Shown here: one piece after another, positions 10,501 to 25,383 of the stretch
Position numbering within the stretch: the stretch's first letter is position 1
How the letters are laid out: each line of letters starts with the position of its first letter
Source: Selaginella moellendorffii
Taxonomy: Eukaryota > Plantae > Lycopodiophyta
Direction of reading: 5' to 3'
Assembly: GCF_000143415.4 (NCBI RefSeq)
Contig: NW_003314313.1
Location: forward strand, 1,326,490-1,379,879
DNA: 53,390 bases
The notes under the pieces: generated by a model
Database searches by the model: none
Told to the model about the DNA's origin: nothing
Seen by the model: only the letters and a program-made list of their open reading frames with translations
Program-made: the position numbers and the translations under genes

Positions 10501-13500
10501 CTTTTCCAATGGCTGATCTATTGATCACTTTGCTCGAAAACCATTCCATTTTCGAAAGCCAGTACAAACTGTTGAAGGGGTTGGAGTTGGCTTCGGTTGG
10601 CTTAAACCTTAGTAGATAGTTTGTATGATGCAGCCTGAAAGGGATGCTAACTTTTGGGGCTAAGGCAATTGAGTTGGATAGAGTCTGGAGTTGGTGTAGA
10701 AAAGTGGTTGTTGCACTTTTCTCAGAAAGGTGACCCTTGTACCTTTCTTTTGTAGCGTTATGCTTGGTGGCAGGTTGCACCTTGCATTACGTTAGACTCT
10801 ATGAGAGTAGTGAGCTCTCACTGATCTTGACTTGGTCTTGGTGGCCCTGCGCCTTGGCTGAGGATGGTGATGTCCAACTTAGTTGTTTGCAAGCTGAGAT
10901 GTTGGTACCCGTACTATAGCTTTGTCTATGAGGAGGTTGTGTACCGATATGAGTCCATCTCATGGTCTTCACTTTAGTTTCGACTGAGTGTTGATCACAT
11001 AGCTAGCCTCTTCAAGGCATGCTCAGAGCTATTGACTAAATGCATTGGTGAGCTTATTGCGGTTGAGTTGGATTCGAGTGGTCATTTAGTTTGTGCTTGT
11101 CCATGAACTTTTATCTCATGTTTGAGGTATTATGTTTATGCTAGATAAGTATATAACTTGATGACAAGAGTTGGTGTTTGGGTCTTGTGAAGGCAAGTTG
11201 AGGGGTGATTGTTAGTTGCTTTGCGACTAGTGATTACTTGTAGACTTTGTCAAAAAGACTGTTGATACTTGCTTTGCTCGATGATGATTTAGCAGTGATG
11301 GGCTTGCTTTACTGGATGGTGTTGCGGAGGATCGTGTCATTAGGCTGACATGGTTTTTCCATGGTGGCATGTCAATTCCTTTGTCGATATCATTTGGTTA
11401 CATTTGGTCTATAGTGTTGGATTTCATTGAGTCTTGGATGTGGTGATTCACTCCTTGATGATGTGTTATCTGTCACTGAGTTTTGCTAACGGATTGGTCT
11501 CGGATACTAAGTATAGTATCTTCGACTTTGGTTAGCTTGGTTGCTGGAAAGCTCCGAGTGGTGATTCACTCTTGCTTTCTTCTAGCTTTGTCCTGATGTT
11601 GATGGCATTGAAGTGATGCTTTGTCGTTGACATTGTTGATATTGAGACTTGAGTGAAATGAGCTATCCTTCTAAGGATTGATATTGAGTTTCATTAGTCT
11701 TGATGAATATAGTGTTGATGATTTGGCTATAGATTTATGTTGTTGGCATTCGTGCATTTGCTAGTTAGCAACTGTGTTGACGTTCAAACAAACTGAGTGG
11801 CAAGTTGAGTTAGTAGTGTTCTAGACGAGATTATTTAGTAGAGGATTGAGCTTTAGCTTTTCCTTGAAAGGTGATTTGATCGTGGACAATGCTACCTCTA
11901 TGAGAGGAAGAGTTAGTGATTGGCATTGAAGTGATTAAATCCTTCTTGGATTTCAATTGAGATATATCAATCATTAATGATTTTTTTTGTGCTTGTTATG
12001 AAGTGAGTTATGTCTTGCTATAGATGGATTCATGGAGGATCATTTAGTGATCACTTGTTGAGCATAGCTCCATTGTGCTTAGCTTTTGGATTACTGCAGA
12101 AATCTTCTTCATTAGCTTTGGCATAACGTGAGGATATGGGTACTCCACCAACTAGCATGGAATGGAACTTGGGCTTAGACCCAAGCCGGACGCAGAACAA
12201 GGACAGGCACGCAAGCGGGAGCTAGACTATGCCTCAGGTTGGTCGGCCATGCCCGACCTACCCACTATCCCTACTATACATTTGGAACCCCCCATAGCCC
12301 CCCCCCCTTGAGGAACACACGCTTTGGGCTTTCACCCCAAGCCTCCCTTAGTATCAGGAGTTAGTCTCTGGGACAAGTTTAAAACTTACTAAATATGGAA
12401 TGTCCTTAGAATGCGAATTTGGACACAGGACGAACACCATTGTGTTCAGGCCGACCTCTACATTCCGTAGATATGCCAAATGAGCAAATCTAGACACTTT
12501 CCATAAATAGCATCTAGGACAATTTGAGACTAACACAAAGGGCATGATAGCGAGGGTGTTTGGCAGACACGGTAAGCTATCATGTAGCGATATTGAGGGA
12601 CCAATCTCAATACGCGAGGGTTCTTGTCAAGCCAGTGCAAGACAGAGCAAAAGAGAACTAACAAGCCGGGCCGAGTATGCTCAGCTAAATAGACACTTAG
12701 GAATTCCTTCCTTATGCTCATCCGGCCAAGTACAGATGCAAAGTCCAGTTTACTAACACTTGAACAAGAGGGACTAATAAAGGGTCCAGCAATACCGACC
12801 TCCTGCCATCGTGGCAGTAAGGTAAGAGTGTCCGTAAGGACTGGTCGACAGGTAACTTTCGATACCCAAAGTCACATGCGCGACACTCTCCCCCCCTAGG
12901 GAAGATCGACGTCCTCGTCGATGCATACTCCAGTCTAGAATACCGCCAAGGAAACAACTCCAGAAAAAGTTCACGGTACTCACACTATGTGAGAAATGCA
13001 CCAACTTAAATGAGTTAGGGGGCAACCTCTTTGTCTAACGCGGATGCGCTACCAGCTCAGACACCTTCCGGCCGTCGCCGACAAGGAAATGACCAACGGA
13101 GTCAGCCACCCCTGCTGCTCTGGGAGTCACCCAGCTTACAAAAGTGTGATATGCCCTGCCCGCAGGAACATAGAGAGAGAAGCCAGAGGCCCCTACCCTC
13201 CTAAGCAAAGAAACCAAACCCGTCGGTAAGGTTTAGATAGACTACTGTAAACAGGCAGTTAGAGTTGTTTACACGGTCACGCCCTTTCAACGGAATAAGG
13301 AACATCGATAAAGAGGCGGGTTATGTGACCAGTCGACAGTAGCTACCCCATGACTAGAGATTTCACCATGCACACGAAGTGCCGAAGCCAGTCTGCCCAT
13401 TACTGGCCCAAACTCAAAGATCAATATATATGGACAATATCAAAGTCATAGACAATGATATTTTAGAGATGTAATTATCAGGGAATAAAGCTTAGATTAG

Positions 13501-16500
13501 AACACAAAAGTATTCCAAGTAAGTTATCATCCGATAAACTAGTATTACAGTATAGGAACCACCAAGATCACTATCATTGGAAAACATAGGATGCATCATC
13601 CAACAAAATTCAATAGCAAGTATATCATCAAGTAAACGCAATGATAAAACTTAAGTACCAAAGATAGCAAACAGTAAGCCAACAACTTACTAGAGAGAAC
13701 TCAAAGAACACAAAGTATCATTGACTAACAAGCACAATGCTCGCGAATGTATCACCCAAAGGAAATAACATCCAAATCTATCAAAACTAACTCGAGCAAT
13801 AATCAACAGAAGAGAATGAATGTGGGAAGACCAACAAACACTCATGCCTGCTAACTATCACAAAAGCCAATCTGAATAGATCCCAGCCAACAATACCAAG
13901 GAACTCAAGTTGCCTAAGCAAGTGTTAGCAACATCCTACTGATGTCTTAAACCCAAGAGACCAATCCAGAGCAAACCACAAAGAACATGTGGTATTGCAA
14001 AAAGCCATAAGCCATCAAAGAGAACAACTAACTATCATGAAAGATCGTCAATCAGCCCATCAATGTAGTGATGTATAATCATCGTTGAAGAAAGAATCTA
14101 CCATCCCGAAGAATAGCAAATAATTCCAAACCAACAATAATCAAGCAAAACTTGTGATAAGGACAATCAACTACCCTAGATGATAGTCAATCATCATCAA
14201 TGATTGCTAGATGCAAAAACCAACTTCAACATCGAAACTAATGAGCCAAAATGCCTTCCCCAACAACTTCTAACAAATGGAACAATGAGCACAAAACTCA
14301 AGAACCAAAAGCTCGAAGAAGCCTATAACTAAGTCTTGCCTAATAATGATCACGAGTCTCATAGAAGCTAACTTCAATGCTAAAGAAGAAATCATGGTGC
14401 AACCCACAATATCTTCCTCAACACATCCATAAGCCAAACTTCATAATGCCAAAGCTAATGAAGAGCATTTCTGCATCAATCCAAAAGCTAAGCACAATGG
14501 AGCTATGCTCAACAAGTGATCACTAAATGATCCTCCATGAATCCATCTATAGCAAGACGTAACTCACTTCATAACAAGCTCAAAAAGAATCATTAATGAT
14601 TGCTATATTCCGAACTCAAATCCAGCAAGGACTCAACATTCTAATATCGATCACTAACTCTTCTTCTCGTAGAGTTAGCATAGTCCACGACTAAATCACT
14701 TTTCAAGGAAAAGCTAAAGCTCAACCCTCTACTAAATAATCTCGTCTAGAACACAACTAACTCAACTTGCCACTCAGTTCGTTTGAACGTCAACACAGTT
14801 GCTAACTAGCAAATGCACGAATGCCAACAACACAAAGCTATAGCCAAATCATCAACACTATATTCATCAAGACTAATGAAACTCAATATCAATCCTTGGA
14901 AGGATATCTCATTTCACTCAGATCTCAATATCAACAATGTCAATGACAAAGCATCACTTCAATGCCATCAACACCACAACAAAGCTAGAAGAAAGCATGA
15001 GTGAATCACCACTCGGAGCTTTCCAGCAACCAAGCTAACCAAGGTCGAAGATACTTTACTCAGTATCCAAGACCAATCCTTCAGCAAAACCCAGTTACAG
15101 ATAACACTTCCTCAAAGAGTGAATCACCACGTCCAAGACTCAATGAAATCCAACACTACGAACTAAATGCAACCAAATAATATCGACGGAGGTAGAATCG
15201 ATATACTAACATAGAAAACCTATGCAAGTCTAACGACACGATCCTCCGCAACACCATCCGGTAAAGCAAGCCCATCACTGCTAAATCATCATCGAGCAAA
15301 GCAAGTGTCAACTGTCCTTGATGAAGTCTACAAGTAATCACTAGTCGCAAAGCAACTAACAATCGCCCTTCAACTTGCCTTCACAAGACCCGAACACTAA
15401 CTCATGTCATCGAGTTACATACTTGTCCAACATGAACATAATACCCCAGGTACGAGATAAAAGTTCATAGACAAGCACAAACTAAATGACCACTCGAATC
15501 CAACTCAACCGCAATAAGCTCACTAATGCATTTAGTCAATAGCTCTGAGCATGCCTTGAAGAGGCTAGCTATGTGATCAACACTCAGTCGAAACTAAAGT
15601 GAAGACCATGAGATGGACTCATATCGGTACACAACCTCCTCATAGACAAAGCTATAGTACGGGTACCAACATCTCAACTTCAAACAACTAAGTTGGACAT
15701 CACCATCCTCAGCCAAGGCGCAGGGCCACCAAGACCAAGTCAAGATCAGTGAGAGCTCACTACTCTCATAGAGTCTAATGTAATGCAAGGTGCAAACTGC
15801 CACCAAGCACAACGCTACAAAAGAAAGGCACAAGGGTCACCTTTCTTAGAAAAGCGCAACAGCCACTTTTCTACATCAACTCCAGACTCTATCCAACTCA
15901 ATTGCTTTAGCCCCAAAAGTTAGCATCCCTTTCGGGCCGCATCATACAAACTACCTACTAAGATCTAAGCCAACCGAAGTCAACTCCAACCCCTTCACTA
16001 GTTTGTACTGGCTTTCGAAAATGGAATGGTTTTCGAGCAAAGTGATCAATAGATCAGCCATTGGAAAAGTCTAAGAAAATTTGTGGAAAATTTCCATCCT
16101 AGAGAAAGAATGACTCTCAGTCCAGGATTGCAAACTTTCAAGACTCAACCAACTTCCTCCTACTAACAACTCCACATAGGTTCACCTCAACAAAAATTCT
16201 CATGATCCAAAAATATGCTTAAGCATCGAACATCTTTGCCCATCTAACCGATATCCAACACCGACATCCGCAAAGTGCAAAATGAACATCCAAGGCTTGA
16301 TCACGAAGACCACATCTTCGGATATCCATATTGCACTAACACTCTTCTTCAATCACCTTCAAGATCCAATGTGAAGCCAAAACACTAACAAGAAAAATGA
16401 CATGAAAAATCAAGGTCCAAGGAAAATTCCTCATCACTTGAAATAACAATGCCACTTCCACTAACACAAGTGCTAGCGATGTCAATGCATCAACCTCACA

Positions 16501-19500
16501 CCTTCTCCATCCAATAATCTACTCCAAGTGCTAACGGATCAACAGATGAGCTATAGCAAATGAATGCTACAACCCATTCCCAACACCTTATGGGCAAACC
16601 CTCAAGGAAACAAGGTACCAACATAAGCTTAGCATAATGGACCACCATTGAGAATCCAGTCAAGGCTACTACAATGCTACTTCGTGCAAGTAGACTAGCT
16701 TCTCCATCAACCACTTTGGGGGTTGATCATCATTTACCCAAGCAACTTCGTAAACGCATTACTCTTTATCACATGGATATGATATAAGTATCACAATGAC
16801 TTGATCATCAATTGAGTAACGCAATGAGCAATGCCTATGTCATTACTTCAAACGTTTATGTGAGTATCAAATGCCAACTCGATTCGACAAAATGCAACAT
16901 AAATGCCACACTCCACCAATAGAGATTTACGACACCCAACACCACTAACTTTTGTTCACAACACAGACAAGCTTATGCCACTCTCTTTCCGACCAAACTC
17001 AACACTAATCCAACACCAAGCTACTCAAGGAGCAAATAGCAAGGTTCCCCGGAAAAGAATTAAGCATTGCAACCCAAGTCTTCCAATAGCGAGCCTAGAC
17101 AAAATGGTTTAGTGTTTCACCACTATCCATCCCATAACTCACCACTTGTAAGACCATCACTTCCAATATGCATCAAGGTAGGGACTCTTGATTGCATGAT
17201 GTGAACACAAGCAATGAGTTAACACCTCGTTGCAAATCATCTCTCCAAGAAGAGAAGATGATTTACGTATTTGATCCTCCATCCTCGATGACTCTCTTTT
17301 CGGTCTCATCTTTGACCAAACCTCAAGCTTGCTTTCGCACTGCCTTCAGTTCAATCCAAGAAAAGTTTATGAGAGAGCACGGCAATGATTAGTTGAACCA
17401 ATAGACTATTCCCTACAGTCTTGATTGATCCAATTATAATCATGCCTAGGAAGGATCCACTAGTGCCGTGCTAAACAGCTACAGACCAGCCTATTTGCCA
17501 CTCATAGCAAACCTAGGGAGGTTTGCTTTCACCCACGGTACATGGAACAACTCATGGAACCACTGGAACCATCGATAGGCTTACATTAATCCTGCCAACT
17601 CAAAGTATAACTTTGAGTTGCTAATGCGCCTCACTCACGAGCCCAAGCTCAAACTCGTGCAAATGGAACATCTCCAAACCATCCTATGAGCCCAAGCGCA
17701 AGCTCACTTAATTACGGTACAAGAAGGTAACCGAATCTATACCCAAGGAACGATTGCGAAGTCTTTGCACCCAAACGTGTACCCACTCGGATCATCGTTT
17801 TCATCTCTGCGTATGCAACGAGACTAGTTCCCCAATCTCATTGAATAGTACTCGCTGAGACTCATTCTCTGATACCAAATGTAGCGCACGTGGTTTTGAC
17901 CGTTTATCCTATGGTGATTTACCATAGGATAACACCACGAAGCGGAACATAAACCCTCTTTGTGCCACGTGACAGATGCCACGTGTCACATGCCACGTGT
18001 CCGTGCCACGTGTCCATAGGAACCCGAGGTTCAGGGCCTTGGGCCACTGAACGAAGGAACGGTGCCAAACTCCCAAGCGTGACGCCAAGGAGTGATGGAA
18101 CCGGACCACGGAGCAACTCCTGAGCATATAGCCCAAGGAGCGAAGGGACAGGAGCCCGGAGCGACTTGGAATAGTCCTGGAGCAACCAGCATACCAATGC
18201 CAGGACCAGCACGCAAAACGGAGCCAAACGGAGTCTGGCGCTATTTCGGCATACCGGTGGCCTAACGTGAGGATATGGGTACTCCACCAACTAGCATGGA
18301 ATGGAACTTGGGCTTAGACCCAAGCCGGACGCAGAACAAGGACAGGCACGCAAGCGGGAGCTAGACTATGCCTCAGGTTGGTCGGCCATGCCCGACCTAC
18401 CCACTATCCCTACTATACATTTGGAACCCCCCATAGCCCCCCCCCCCTTGAGGAACACACGCTTTGGGCTTTCACCCCAAGCCTCCCTTAGTATCAGGAG
18501 TTAGTCTCTGGGACAAGTTTAAAACTTACTAAATATGGAATGTCCTTAGAATGCGAATTTGGACACAGGACAAACACCATTGTGTTCAGGCCGACCTCTA
18601 CATTCCGTAGATATGCCAAATGAGCAAATCTAGACACTTTCCATAAATAGCATCTAGGACAATTTGAGACTAACACAAAGGGCATGATAGCGAGGGTGTT
18701 TGGCAGACACGGTAAGCTATCATGTAGCGATATTGAGGGACCAATCTCAATACGCGAGGGTTCTTGTCAAGCCAGTGCAAGACAGAGCAAAAGAGAACTA
18801 ACAAGCCGGGCCGAGTATGCTCAGCTAAATAGACACTTAGGAATTCCTTCCTTATGCTCATCCGGCCAAGTACAGATGCAAAGTCCAGTTTACTAACACT
18901 TGAAAAAGAGGGACTAATAAAGGGTCCAGCAATACCGACCTCCTGCCATCGTGGCAGTAAGGTAAGAGTGTCCGTAAGGACTGGTCGACAGGTAACTTTC
19001 GATACCCAAAGTCACATGCGCGACAGATGATTTGGCTATAGATTTATGTTGTTGGCATTCGTGCATTTGCTAGTTAGCAACTGTGTTGACGTTCAAACAA
19101 ACTGAGTGGCAAGTTGAGTTAGTAGTGTTCTAGACGAGATTATTTAGTAGAGGATTGAGCTTTAGCTTTTCCTTGAAAGGTGATTTAGTCGTGGACAATG
19201 CTACCTCTATGAGAGGAAAAGTTAGTGATTGGCATTGAAGTGATTAAATCCTTCTTGGATTTCAATTGAGATATATCAATCATTAATGATTTTTCTTGTG
19301 CTTGTTATGAAGTGAGTTACGTCTTGCTATAGATGGATTCATGGAGGATCATTTAGTGATCACTTGTTGAGCATAGCTCCATTGTGCTTAGCTTTTGGAT
19401 TGATGCAGAAATGCTCTTCATTAGCTTTGGCATTATGAAGTTTGGCTTATGAATGTGTTGAAGAAGACATTGTGGGTTGCACCATGATTTCTTCTTTAGC

Positions 19501-22134
19501 ATTGAAGTTAGCTTCTATGAGACTCGTGATCATTATTAAGCAAGACTTAGCTATAGGCTTCTTCGAGCTTTGGTTCTTTGAGTTTTATGCTCATTGTTCC
19601 ATTTGTTAAAAGTTGTTGGGGAAGGCATTTTTTGGCTCTTTAGCTTTGATGTTGAAGTTAGTATTTGCATCTAGCAATCATTGGTGATGATTGACTATCA
19701 TCTAGGATAATTGATTATCCATGTCAAAAAGTTTTGCTTGATTATTGTTGGTATAGAATGGTTTGCCGTTCTTCGGGATGGTGGATTCCTTCTTAAACGA
19801 TGACTATGCATCTCTTTATTGATGGAATGATTGATGATCTTTCATGATGGTTAGTTGTTCTCTTTGATAGCTTATGCCTTTTCGCAATACCACATATTTT
19901 TTGTGGTTTGCCTGGATTGGTCTCTTGGGTTTGAGACATCAGTAGGATGTTGCTAACACTTGCTTAGGCAACTTGAGTTCCTTGGTATTGTTGGCTGGGA
20001 TCTATTCAAATTGGCTTTTGTGATAGTTAGCAGGCATGAGTGTTTGTTGGTCTTCCCACATTCATTCTCTTCTGTTGATTATTGCTCGAGTTAGTTTTGA
20101 TAGATTTGGATGTTATTTCCTTTGGGTGATACATTCGTGAGCATTGTGCTTGTTAGTCAATGATACTTTGAGTTCTCTCTAGTAAGTTGTTGGCTTACTG
20201 TCTGCTATCTTCGGTAGTTAAGTTTTATCATTGCATTTACTTGATGATATACTTGCTATTGAATTTTGTTGGATGGTGCATCCTATGTTTTCCAATGATA
20301 GTGATCTTGGTGGTTCCTATACTGTAATACTAGTTTATCGGATGATAACTTACTTGGAATACTTTTGTGTTCTAATCTAAGCTTTATTCCCTGATAATTA
20401 AATCTCTAAACTATCATTGTCTATGACTTTGATATTGTCCATCTATTGATCTTTGAGTTTGGGCCAGTAATGGGCAGACTGGCTTCGGCACTTCGTGTGC
20501 ATGGTGAAATCTCTAGTCATGGGGTAGCTACTGTCGACTGGTCACATACCCGCCTCTTTGTCGATGTTCCTTATTCCGTTGAAAGGGTGTGACCGTGTAA
20601 ACAACTCTAACTGCCTGTTTACAGTAGTCTATCTAAACCTTACCGACGGGTTTGGTTTCTTTGCTTAGGAGGGTAGGGGCCTCTAGCTTCTCTCTCTATG
20701 TTCCTGCGGGCAGGGCATATCACACTTTTGTAAGCTGGGTGACTCCCAGAGCAGCAGGGGTGGCTGACTCCGTTGGTCATTTCCTTGTCGGCGACGGCCG
20801 GAAGGTGTCTGAGCTGGTAGCGCATCCGCGTTAGACAAAGAGGTTGCCCCCTAACTCATTTAAGTTGGTGCATTTCTCACATAGTGTGAGTACCGTGAAC
20901 TTTTTATGGAGTTGTTTCCTTGGCGGTATTCTAGACTGGAGTATGCATCGACGAGGACGTCGATCTTCCCAAGGGGGGGAGAGTGTCGCGCATGTGACTT
21001 CGGGTATCGAAAGTTACCTATCGGCTAGTCCTTACGGACACTCTTACCTTACTGCCACGATGGCAGGAGGTCGGTATTGCTGGACCCGTTATCAGTTTCC
21101 ACCTAAGCTAGTTGAGAAACTGGTCATCACATGTGCACTTAGACCGGAAGGGCACTAAGGAAGGAAATCCTAAGTTGTCATTTAGTCAAGCAGACTTGAC
21201 ACGGTGATGAGAAACTCATGATGTTGGCTTGCACTTGCTAGTGTTAGGAACCCCCGCGATATTGAGATTGGTCCCTCAATATTCGCTAGATGATAGCTTA
21301 CCGTGTCTGCCAAACACCCTCGCTATCATGCCCTTTGTGTTAGTCTCATTTTGGTCCCAAATGCTATTTATGGAAAGTGTCCAGATTTGCTCATTTGGCA
21401 TATCTACGGAATGTAGAGATCGGCCTGAACACAATGGTGTTCGTCCCGTGTCCAAATTCACAATCTAAGGACATTCCATATTTAGTAAGTTTTGAGTTTG
21501 TCCCAGAAACTAACTCCTGATACTAAGGGAGGCTTGGGGTGAAAGCCCAAAGCGTGTGTTCCTCAAGGGGGGGGGGGCTGTGGGGGGTTCCAAATGTATA
21601 GTAGGGATAGTGGGTAGGTCGGGCATGGCCGACCAACCTGAGGCATAGTCTAGCTCCCGCTTGCGTGCCTGTCCTTGTTCTGCGTCCGGCTTGGGTCTAA
21701 GCCCAAGTTCCATTCCATGCTAGCTGGTGGAGTACCCATATCCTCACGTTAGGCCACCGGTATGCCGAAATAGCGCCAGACTCCGTTTGGCTCCGTTTTG
21801 CGTGCTGGTCCTGGCATTGGTATGCTGGTTGCTCCAGGACTGTTCCAAGTCGCTCCGGGCTCTTGTCCCTTCGCTCCTTGGGCTATATGCTCGGGAGTTG
21901 CTCCGTGGTCCGGTTTCATCACTCCTTGGCGTCACGCTTGGGAGTTTGGCACCGTTCGTTCGTTCAGTGGCTCAAGGCCCTGAACCTTGGGTTCCTGTGG
22001 ACACGTGGCATGGACACGTGGCATGTGACACATGGCATCTGTCACGTGGCACAAAGAGGGTTTAGGTTCCGCTTCGTGGTGTTATCCTATGGTAAATCAC
22101 CATAGGATAAAGGGTCAAAACCACGTGCGCTACA
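7560..22134 (+). mobile_element. non-autonomous LTR retrotransposon E1 (LARD-type), recombinant, interrupted by E2
   Basis: 5' LTR 7560-8705 (TG..CA), PBS TGGTATCAGAG 8708-8718 (tRNA-iMet), non-coding interior, PPT to 20983, 3' LTR 20984-22134. Flanks GGTTG/TAGGA do not match and the two U3 regions differ. Confidence 0.9.
12124..19025 (-). mobile_element. non-autonomous LTR retrotransposon E2 nested in E1
   Basis: 5' LTR 17880-19025, PBS ending 17877, PPT 12886-12897, 3' LTR 12124-12885 missing ~383 bp at its outer end. Confidence 0.9.
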
Positions 22135-24944
22135 TAGGAACTGACAAAGGGACTTTGGGGAAGGCGATTCCCCAGGTCTGTGGGCATCCTAAGGATGCTA
22201 AGGAGTGGATCTAGGATGACCACTCGTGAACAGATAGCCCAGTCTTGGAGAGACGGGATGGTGATGCAAGTGGTATTGGACCACTAGTGCAGCAAAGGTG
22301 AATGGGCATGGCCTTAGCGTAACGGGCCGAGATGTCAGTGGTACCTTTGGGTGTCGGTCTTCGGACCGGACACGTGGAGCACTTGGACCAGGTGCAAGTG
22401 TTGAGTGGCATGGATGCCATTCTTGGGGCTAGCAAGTCCCAAGTTCTGAATTGGACTAATGGAGGTTGTGAATGAGACTCCTCCAAATGGTCGGAGCTGT
22501 GGTTAAGTGACTAAAGTAGAATGGAAAAATTAGTCTCTTACAGTTAGATATACCCTTACAAGGGATAAATTGCTTATGTGGCGATATAGTGAGTCAATGT
22601 CGTGAAAGGAAATGCTCATTGTCAAGGAGACCATCATTGGGATACCCAAACACTCTAGAACACTAGGAGGTGGTGTTTAGTGTTGCAAGGGCAATAGATA
22701 AGGCCCAAGGGACTAACTCCCTCGCGAATGATGGATGGAAGGTGCTATCCAAATGTCCAAGGTTGCAGAGATGGGAGAAGACTGTCTACCCGAATTGGAC
22801 AAAGCCAAAAATGGAATTTTGGGAAAGCTAGTGATGGGCATGTAAGGGCCCATAAGCAACAACGTTAATCCCGGTGTGTGGGATTATAAGGTGAGCATAC
22901 CTGGATTGAGGAACCACTCCCTAAGCTGTCGGGTAGGTTCATCCCCAAGAATACTTGCTAAGGCATGGTAGAAAGTGCAAAGCTATCCTCCTAGTTTGGA
23001 GGTGAATAACCGAAGGAAAGGTGTGAAGCCAAGAAACAAGTAGTAAGGGGATAGAATAGAACCATAGGAATCGAAGGGCATGACCAAGGCTGGTTATGTT
23101 AACTGGGAGTGGAGAATCAAGTGGGGGCTCGAGGGTGTTGTTGCTAGCAACCGTGATGCCATGGAAAGTCTAAAATATGGAGTTGTCCATGTTAGACTAT
23201 ATGGCAACTAAAAAGCTTGCGTAAAGGGAGGCCTTAGCAAGCTAAGGGACAGAGTTCCTTCAAAAGTTCCTAAAAACGATTCTAGGTAGCTTAGTACCTG
23301 GAAAGGCCAAGTGTAAATGGTTCATGGAACGCACAAAATCAGAGTGGCACAGCAGAAGTGTGGTCTTGAAGCTTGCTATGAGGCAAGGCTATAAAGCTCA
23401 GCATATCTAACTTGATCACTTTGGTGCAAGTGGCACCAAGGTTGTGGTGAGTGAGATGGGGACACCTAATCTCAGTTGCTATGAACCCTTGGCCGTAAGG
23501 GCTAGCTTGGGTGCACCGCCAAGTGTGGGGGATGCCCCCGGGGTTATAGTCAACAACTTGGAGGTCTAGAAGACCAAGTACCTCTTGGCAACTCTATTAA
23601 GGTGCCAAGGTGAGATCACTAGGTGATCTTATGGCCAGATAAGGACAAGGTCCTTGGTTGGCTAAGGAATGAAGTTCCTGGTTCAAAATGTTGAAATTGA
23701 ACTGTTTAAGATGGTGTGGCTTGGTCGTGATGACCAAGTGGGAAGAGCACCTAAGGGAAATAAACTATGTCCGTCCGATGGCATAGTGAGTCCGAGGAAA
23801 GTAGTCTCTATAAAAGACCCATGGGAGGGTCACGAAGTTGGGCCATGGATAGAGCCCATAGCAGAAGATGCTAAAGAGACGTACTAGGGGTGACCATCCT
23901 CCGGACTTGGCAAAGAATAGTCTTTGCTATGGAACCGAAACAATACCTCAAGGAGGGAGGTAGAGATTCGATGTTGCTTGGTGCAACAATCAACGGATAG
24001 GAGCAAAAGATGAGTGGCCAAGATAGGGCCGTGGAATCCCTTGGAAGGAATCCAAGTGACAAAGTTAGGCGAGGAACACTAATGTGTTGGACGCTAACAA
24101 GTTGCGGGAAAGGAAGTGTGTTTCCAAGGAGGGATTCCGAAATGCTCCGAGTTGGCGAAAGTGGAAGCTCCAAGGGAGGGAGCGGTAAGGTAGCCAAATG
24201 ATAGGGCCATGAACAACCCTAGCACAAAGTATGATAACTGGAACTTTGGCACGAAATAGAAGAGAGGATGATGGTGCCCTCGAGTAGAGAACTTCCTAGG
24301 ATGGGAAGTGGAGTTGCACAAAAGGTGCGAGGCAAGGTGTCGGAGACACCTAGGAAATTGACTCCAAGAAGTCAAAATTCAAAGTTCCAAAGTGCAAAGG
24401 TTATATCGATGGAAATTGAGACTACTCGAGAAGGAGTAGTGGGATTGACTTAGAGAAGGGTCTCTAAGAGGTTTAGCGAGAACTAAACCAATAAAAGGAG
24501 AGAACCATTACATGTGGTCCAATCAGTCTCTAAGTTGGAGAGACTACGCTCCTTAAAGGATGGATAAGGCATGGTGAGCCTTTGATGTCAAACCATAGAC
24601 AAAGATTGGCTAGGTGCCAAGGATGGAAATGGTAACACGTGTGGGTGTTACTTTATGAAAGGGTTTACCATTCGATGAGGACATCGAACTTCGTCTATGG
24701 GTGGTGGAGTTGTGAGACACAAAATCCCTAGGCCCCAAAGTGGAGCTGGAAAGGGTGCCACGTGGTAGTGGCTGAAGCAAAAGCCAAACGAGCGTGACCC
24801 GTTTGGACTAAAAGCTCCAACTTGGAAGGTCGAGAGCGGGAGTGGAACTCCCAACAAAGTGCTTGAGGAACAAGCACAAAGCGACCAATAAGCGAGGCTC
24901 CAAAAAGGGACCCAAAAGGACCAACACATGACACGTGGGAGAGT

Positions 24945-25348
24945 TCGAGATGGACCCAAGATGGAGTCCGAGATGGAGTTCGAAGTGGAGTCCGAGGTGG
25001 ACCCGAGATGGACCCGAGTTGGAGTCCGAAGTGGAGTCCGAGATGGAGTCCGAGGTGGACCCGAGATGGACCCGAGTTGGAGTCCGAAGTGGAGTCCGAG
25101 ATGGACCCGAGATGGAGTCCGAGATGGAGTCCGAGATGGAGTCCGAGGTGGACCCGAGATGGACCTGAACTGGAGTCCGAGATGGAGTCCGAGACGGAGT
25201 CTGAGATGGAGTCCGAGATGGAGTCCGAGATGGAGTCCGAGGTGGACCCGAGATGGACCCGAAATGGAGTCCGAGATGGAGTCCGAGATGGACCCGAGAT
25301 GGAGTCCGAGATGGAGTCCGAGATGGAGTCCGAGATGGAGTCCGAAGT

Positions 25349-25383
<35 letters not shown>

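Noticed and set aside
9837-10919. Short ORFs recurring in non-autonomous interiors and LTRs
   Set aside because: They recur only through copy identity; frames and stops change between copies; no domains.
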